A stretch of 64,000 nucleotides of DNA from an uncultured Clostridia bacterium (GTDB taxonomy: Bacteria > Acidobacteriota > Blastocatellia > UBA7656 > JADIYM01). Location: NCBI GenBank assembly GCA_964591515.1, contig CAZQBW010000001.1:36316-100315 (forward strand). Reading direction: 5' to 3'. This document shows, one piece after another, positions 61,120-64,000 of this stretch. Numbering within the stretch: position 1 is the first letter of the stretch; each line of letters starts with the position of its first letter. The notes beneath the pieces are model-generated. The model was not told where the DNA came from, did not search any database, and worked only from the letters and a program-made list of their open reading frames with translations. A program made the position numbers and the translations under genes.

Positions 61120-62091
61120 CTACATAGCGACAGGCTGGCCCAATTCAACCAGCCGCAACGCAATACTCTCGGAAATCGAAGCGGGAAATACGGCGCCGGC
61201 CTGGATGACCCGGGACCCGGAGGCAGCGAGCGCTCCTCGGGGCATTCCACGCTCGACCACGACAACCGCCGGACCCGAGAGGCCTGCCTCCCCGAGCGAC
61301 GGAGCGACGACCCGGGCAACGTTCACGATTCCGGCGTAACCGGAGACGGCGTCGGCAAGCCAGGTGGCGGCGCGTTCATCTCCGGCCACCACTATTACGG
61401 AGCTGCGCGGCTCGATCTCGAGTATCTCGCGGATACAGGCTCGATCGAGAAGCAGCGCGACGTCCAATGTCGGCGCGCCGACAGGAGGCGCTGCAGGGTC
61501 GAGCACACCGAAGAGCGGGCGGACAACGAGATCGCAGCCCTCGATGCCAGCCGGCTCCGAAACGGGCCGCACGCGTCCGGCTCCCATGGCCCGAAGCGAT
61601 TCGGCGAGCTCGCGCGCTCGCCACGCCGGCGACGCCAGGACCCCGATCGTCGGGCCTGCCGGAGCGCGGCCGCCGGCAGACTCGAGCGCTGCCTGTGTCC
61701 GGGCGATGACCTCTGCCGGATCGAGTCCAGCCGAAAGCGCGTGCTCGACCGCCGCGGAGATCATTGCATCGATGGACTCCGGCACTTCGCCGGTCGCGCT
61801 TCGATAAGCCGTGGCCGATTCCGACTCGGTCCGGAGGATGACGGCTCCCTTTCCGCGCGTGCTCTGGATTATCCCATCGCGCTGGAGTTCCGCGTATGCC
61901 CGCAGCACTGTATTTAAATTCAGTCCGAGTTCATCTGCCACCTGTCGCATCGGCGGCAGGTATTCGCCAACTCGAAATCGCCCCGCAGCAATGAGATACC
62001 GGAGCTGATCGACAACCTGCAAATAAACCGGAAGGCCGCTGCCGCGTCGCAATACGACTCCGGTTGGCTCTGAAGCGATCTGTCTTCGCAT
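61120..62091 (-). CDS. GntR-family transcriptional regulator with about 230-aa C-terminal effector domain
   Basis: N-terminal GntR wHTH (LPPMRQVADELGLNLNTVLRAYAELQRDGII). Confidence 0.65.
   Translation of the reverse strand: MRRQIASEPTGVVLRRGSGLPVYLQVVDQLRYLIAAGRFRVGEYLPPMRQVADELGLNLNTVLRAYAELQRDGIIQSTRGKGAVILRTESESATAYRSATGEVPESIDAMISAAVEHALSAGLDPAEVIARTQAALESAGGRAPAGPTIGVLASPAWRARELAESLRAMGAGRVRPVSEPAGIEGCDLVVRPLFGVLDPAAPPVGAPTLDVALLLDRACIREILEIEPRSSVIVVAGDERAATWLADAVSGYAGIVNVARVVAPSLGEAGLSGPAVVVVERGMPRGALAASGSRVIQAGAVFPASISESIALRLVELGQPVAM
61468..61483. repeat. TGTCGGCGCGCCGACA perfect 16-bp palindrome inside the GntR-family gene
   Basis: Read in sequence. Confidence 0.75.
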
Positions 62092-62160
62092 CTTCCTCGA
62101 TTAGAACAGATTCGCTGCTATTTTCAATATTTACTATTTAACTAGGTATATAAGTATTTA
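62092..62160 (-). promoter_or_regulatory. AT-rich putative promoter region of the GntR-family gene (TTGAAA-N16-TCTAAT on the minus strand, very short leader)
   Basis: AT-rich island in otherwise high-GC DNA, read directly. Confidence 0.25.
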
Positions 62161-62528
62161 GTGAACCCCTGCCAGGGAGCATCCTTTCACCTGGCGCGTC
62201 TCCTATGCAGGATCTGCAGCTCCTTGCCAACGGCACTTTGCATTCTCCCTTGCCCGCCATTGTGACTGTCGTCGGGAAAATGGCGCAGCACGGGTGAAAC
62301 GTGACGGAGACCGACTGCAAATCTCGCGAGTCGCAAGACTGAGCAATTGCGATCGCGTGCGGTCTGACCGTATCCGTCGCCTGCACTGTTGATCGAACAG
62401 CGATCTGAGTGATCGCCGACGTGAGAATCGACGAATCCTGCGCCGCAGACCGCTCTAGTTCAGGGCCCCGATACTTCGACAGCGAGCCGGATTCCGACGG
62501 CCAATCGAAACTGAAGGGCGTGCACTGT

Positions 62529-63311
62529 TCAGCTCGCCTCGGCCTCGTCGATGTCCAGAGGCCACTCCCCGTCCTGAAATTCCAGGTGGATCCGGGCGAT
62601 GTTGTCTTCTCCCGTGCGACAGCGGAGCACGACTGCATTGGTCGCGAACTCAGTCTGCTGGGAGGTGACCCTGACGACGCTTCCAGGTGTCGGCTTCATG
62701 GACGTGTAGCAGCTTGCGCCGTGCCGGCTGATGTTCTCGGTTACGGTCACCTCCGACCCAACCGATCGTCCACGATCATCCAGTAGATCCAGCTGCACCA
62801 TTAGCGCCGCCAGGATGCGTCCTTCACGGCGCTCGTCTACTCCGTCCCGGGACGGCGGCTGGGGTATGTTCTCGTCGTCAACCTTGGAAGTACCATAGAT
62901 CCGGGAAGGATCGTGAATCCAACTTGCCGGCGGGTTCTTTCCAACGAACGCGACGCCAACAGCGTACCCACCGTCGTCACGCGGACGCACCCACCGAACG
63001 AGCGCATAGATTCGGTACAGCTCTTCGGAATGGTCGTACTGACGCAGCCTCCAGGGCAACGGGAGGCTCATGTGGAGGATCCGGCCCTGCTCGATCTTTC
63101 CTTCGAGAGTGAAAGAAGCTCCAATCTGCGTCACATCGAGGATGTGGGTGAGTTCGCCCCACTCCTGCCCGTCTGTCTCCTTGACACGTACACGAACCGG
63201 TATATGCAACTCGAGCCGGCCACGTTTCCGAAAGTCGCCTGGTCCGCTAGTCATGCCACGCCTCGCATTACTGGGATTGTTCGCCGTCCGCCTCCGAATC
63301 GCATTACTCAA
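62529..63311 (-). CDS. Hypothetical protein with two PilZ-like regions (RxxxR ... D.S.GG-like)
   Basis: RKRGRLELHIPVRV...DVTQIGASF and a second degenerate repeat. Weak. Confidence 0.4.
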   Translation of the reverse strand: MSNAIRRRTANNPSNARRGMTSGPGDFRKRGRLELHIPVRVRVKETDGQEWGELTHILDVTQIGASFTLEGKIEQGRILHMSLPLPWRLRQYDHSEELYRIYALVRWVRPRDDGGYAVGVAFVGKNPPASWIHDPSRIYGTSKVDDENIPQPPSRDGVDERREGRILAALMVQLDLLDDRGRSVGSEVTVTENISRHGASCYTSMKPTPGSVVRVTSQQTEFATNAVVLRCRTGEDNIARIHLEFQDGEWPLDIDEAEAS

Positions 63312-63760
63312 CGCAACTTCCGAGCCGCAACTGAGTCATTTCGACTCAAAATGCAGTTCGATGGAAATTGTTCGCAAATATCTATTAACTTTAGGTTTGC
63401 TGGAATGCGGCGGCAGGACTCGCGGAATCAGCGGATCTGTTTGGTCACCGTTGTGACAAAAATTGTCAGTGCGAACGTCCCACAAATTGTGAAGCGCGAT
63501 AGTCACAGACAGCTGAAGGTCTCCCTTAGCGCACGAAATCGCCTACGACGCACGTCGTCCATGGGACTGACGATGCGACCGCTCCGCGGTCGGACCGAGG
63601 TGGGCGGCGGTACCGCGGGTCTCGTGTGCTCGTTGCACTCACTCCCGCGACCCATGGCTATTTCCTTCGACCGCTCCGCGGTCGAATAGCGAAGGACTCC
63701 CTTCTTGAGGGAGACCTTCGCTGATTGATGATCCAGGGCTCGCGGTCGACGATGTCCCGA

Positions 63761-64000
63761 CTACAACCGGATACGTCGCGCAGAGAGCAGGTCCGGCAGC
63801 CCGGAAATCGCGTCGATCTGAGCGTCTTCGACGGGACCATCCACCTGTATCAGTGCCATTGCTTCATGTCCCGCCGCCTTGCGGCCCAGGTAGAAGTGAC
63901 CGATGTTGATGCCCGCATCGCCAAGTAACGTGGCGATGCGCCCGATCACTCCCGGCACGTCCCGGCTTCGAGTCATGACGAGGTGACCTTCCGGCAGAGC
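63761..64000 (-). CDS. ACT-domain C-terminus, probably of D-3-phosphoglycerate dehydrogenase; 5' part lies beyond the window
   Basis: RDVPGVIGRIATLLGDAGINIGHFYLGR...ALIQVD is the classic SerA ACT region. ORF runs off the window edge. Confidence 0.55.
   Translation of the reverse strand, partial: ALPEGHLVMTRSRDVPGVIGRIATLLGDAGINIGHFYLGRKAAGHEAMALIQVDGPVEDAQIDAISGLPDLLSARRIRL

Noticed and set aside
62281-62300. Canonical parS (TGTTTCACGTGAAACA)
   Set aside because: No canonical parS was seen in the window. The nearest thing is gggtgaaacgtgacgg, which is not the palindrome.
1-64000. tRNA, rRNA, tmRNA, RNase P, SRP RNA
   Set aside because: No T-loop/acceptor signatures (GGTTCGAATCC-like) or conserved ncRNA blocks were recognised by eye in the non-coding gaps. 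Covariance-model searches are needed to be sure.

Overview
This is a high-GC (about 65%) bacterial chromosomal segment; gene content (many FG-GAP/VCBS-type secreted beta-propellers, PSCyt-type cytochrome c domains) loosely suggests an Acidobacteriota-like soil organism, but that is inference. It is coding-dense.

Housekeeping blocks, called from ORF translations and conserved motifs only (no database searches were run):
- yceD-rpmF-plsX-fabD-acpP-fabF, with no fabH or fabG in between.
- etfB-etfA, a TrmH-family methyltransferase, and ETF:quinone oxidoreductase.
- A LolD/MacB-type ABC ATPase with an FtsX permease.
- A GNAT-phosphofructokinase fusion.
- A sigma-54 NtrC-type regulator with a multi-GAF/PAS histidine kinase.
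- xerD and lpxD.
- parA-parB, a bifunctional nuclease, miaB, recN and ssb, all in one region.
- Two SDR oxidoreductases, TetR and GntR regulators, and a partial ACT-domain gene at the 3' end.

Among these sits an unusual density of secreted redox and beta-propeller proteins:
- Five FG-GAP/VCBS-type proteins.
- Two multiheme cytochromes c, each immediately downstream of a paralogous FG-GAP/IPT protein.
- Three further secreted proteins carrying single CxxCH motifs.
- An SCO1-like lipoprotein.
- An M28 peptidase and a TolB-like propeller sharing a C-terminal ~44-aa repeat array.

Non-genic signals:
- A family of at least six intergenic palindromic elements built on CACAGAG/CTCTGTG.
- A highly over-represented perfect palindrome (A)TGTCGGCGCGCCGACA(T): six copies, four within 10 kb around parAB, one inside parB. 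I flag this as a candidate non-canonical parS-like site.
- An ORF-free ~870-bp region with three TGACCGNCGGTCA operator-like palindromes downstream of a DUF4157-like HExxH protein.
- A possible TonB-receptor gene remnant.

No CRISPR, tRNA or rRNA was recognised.
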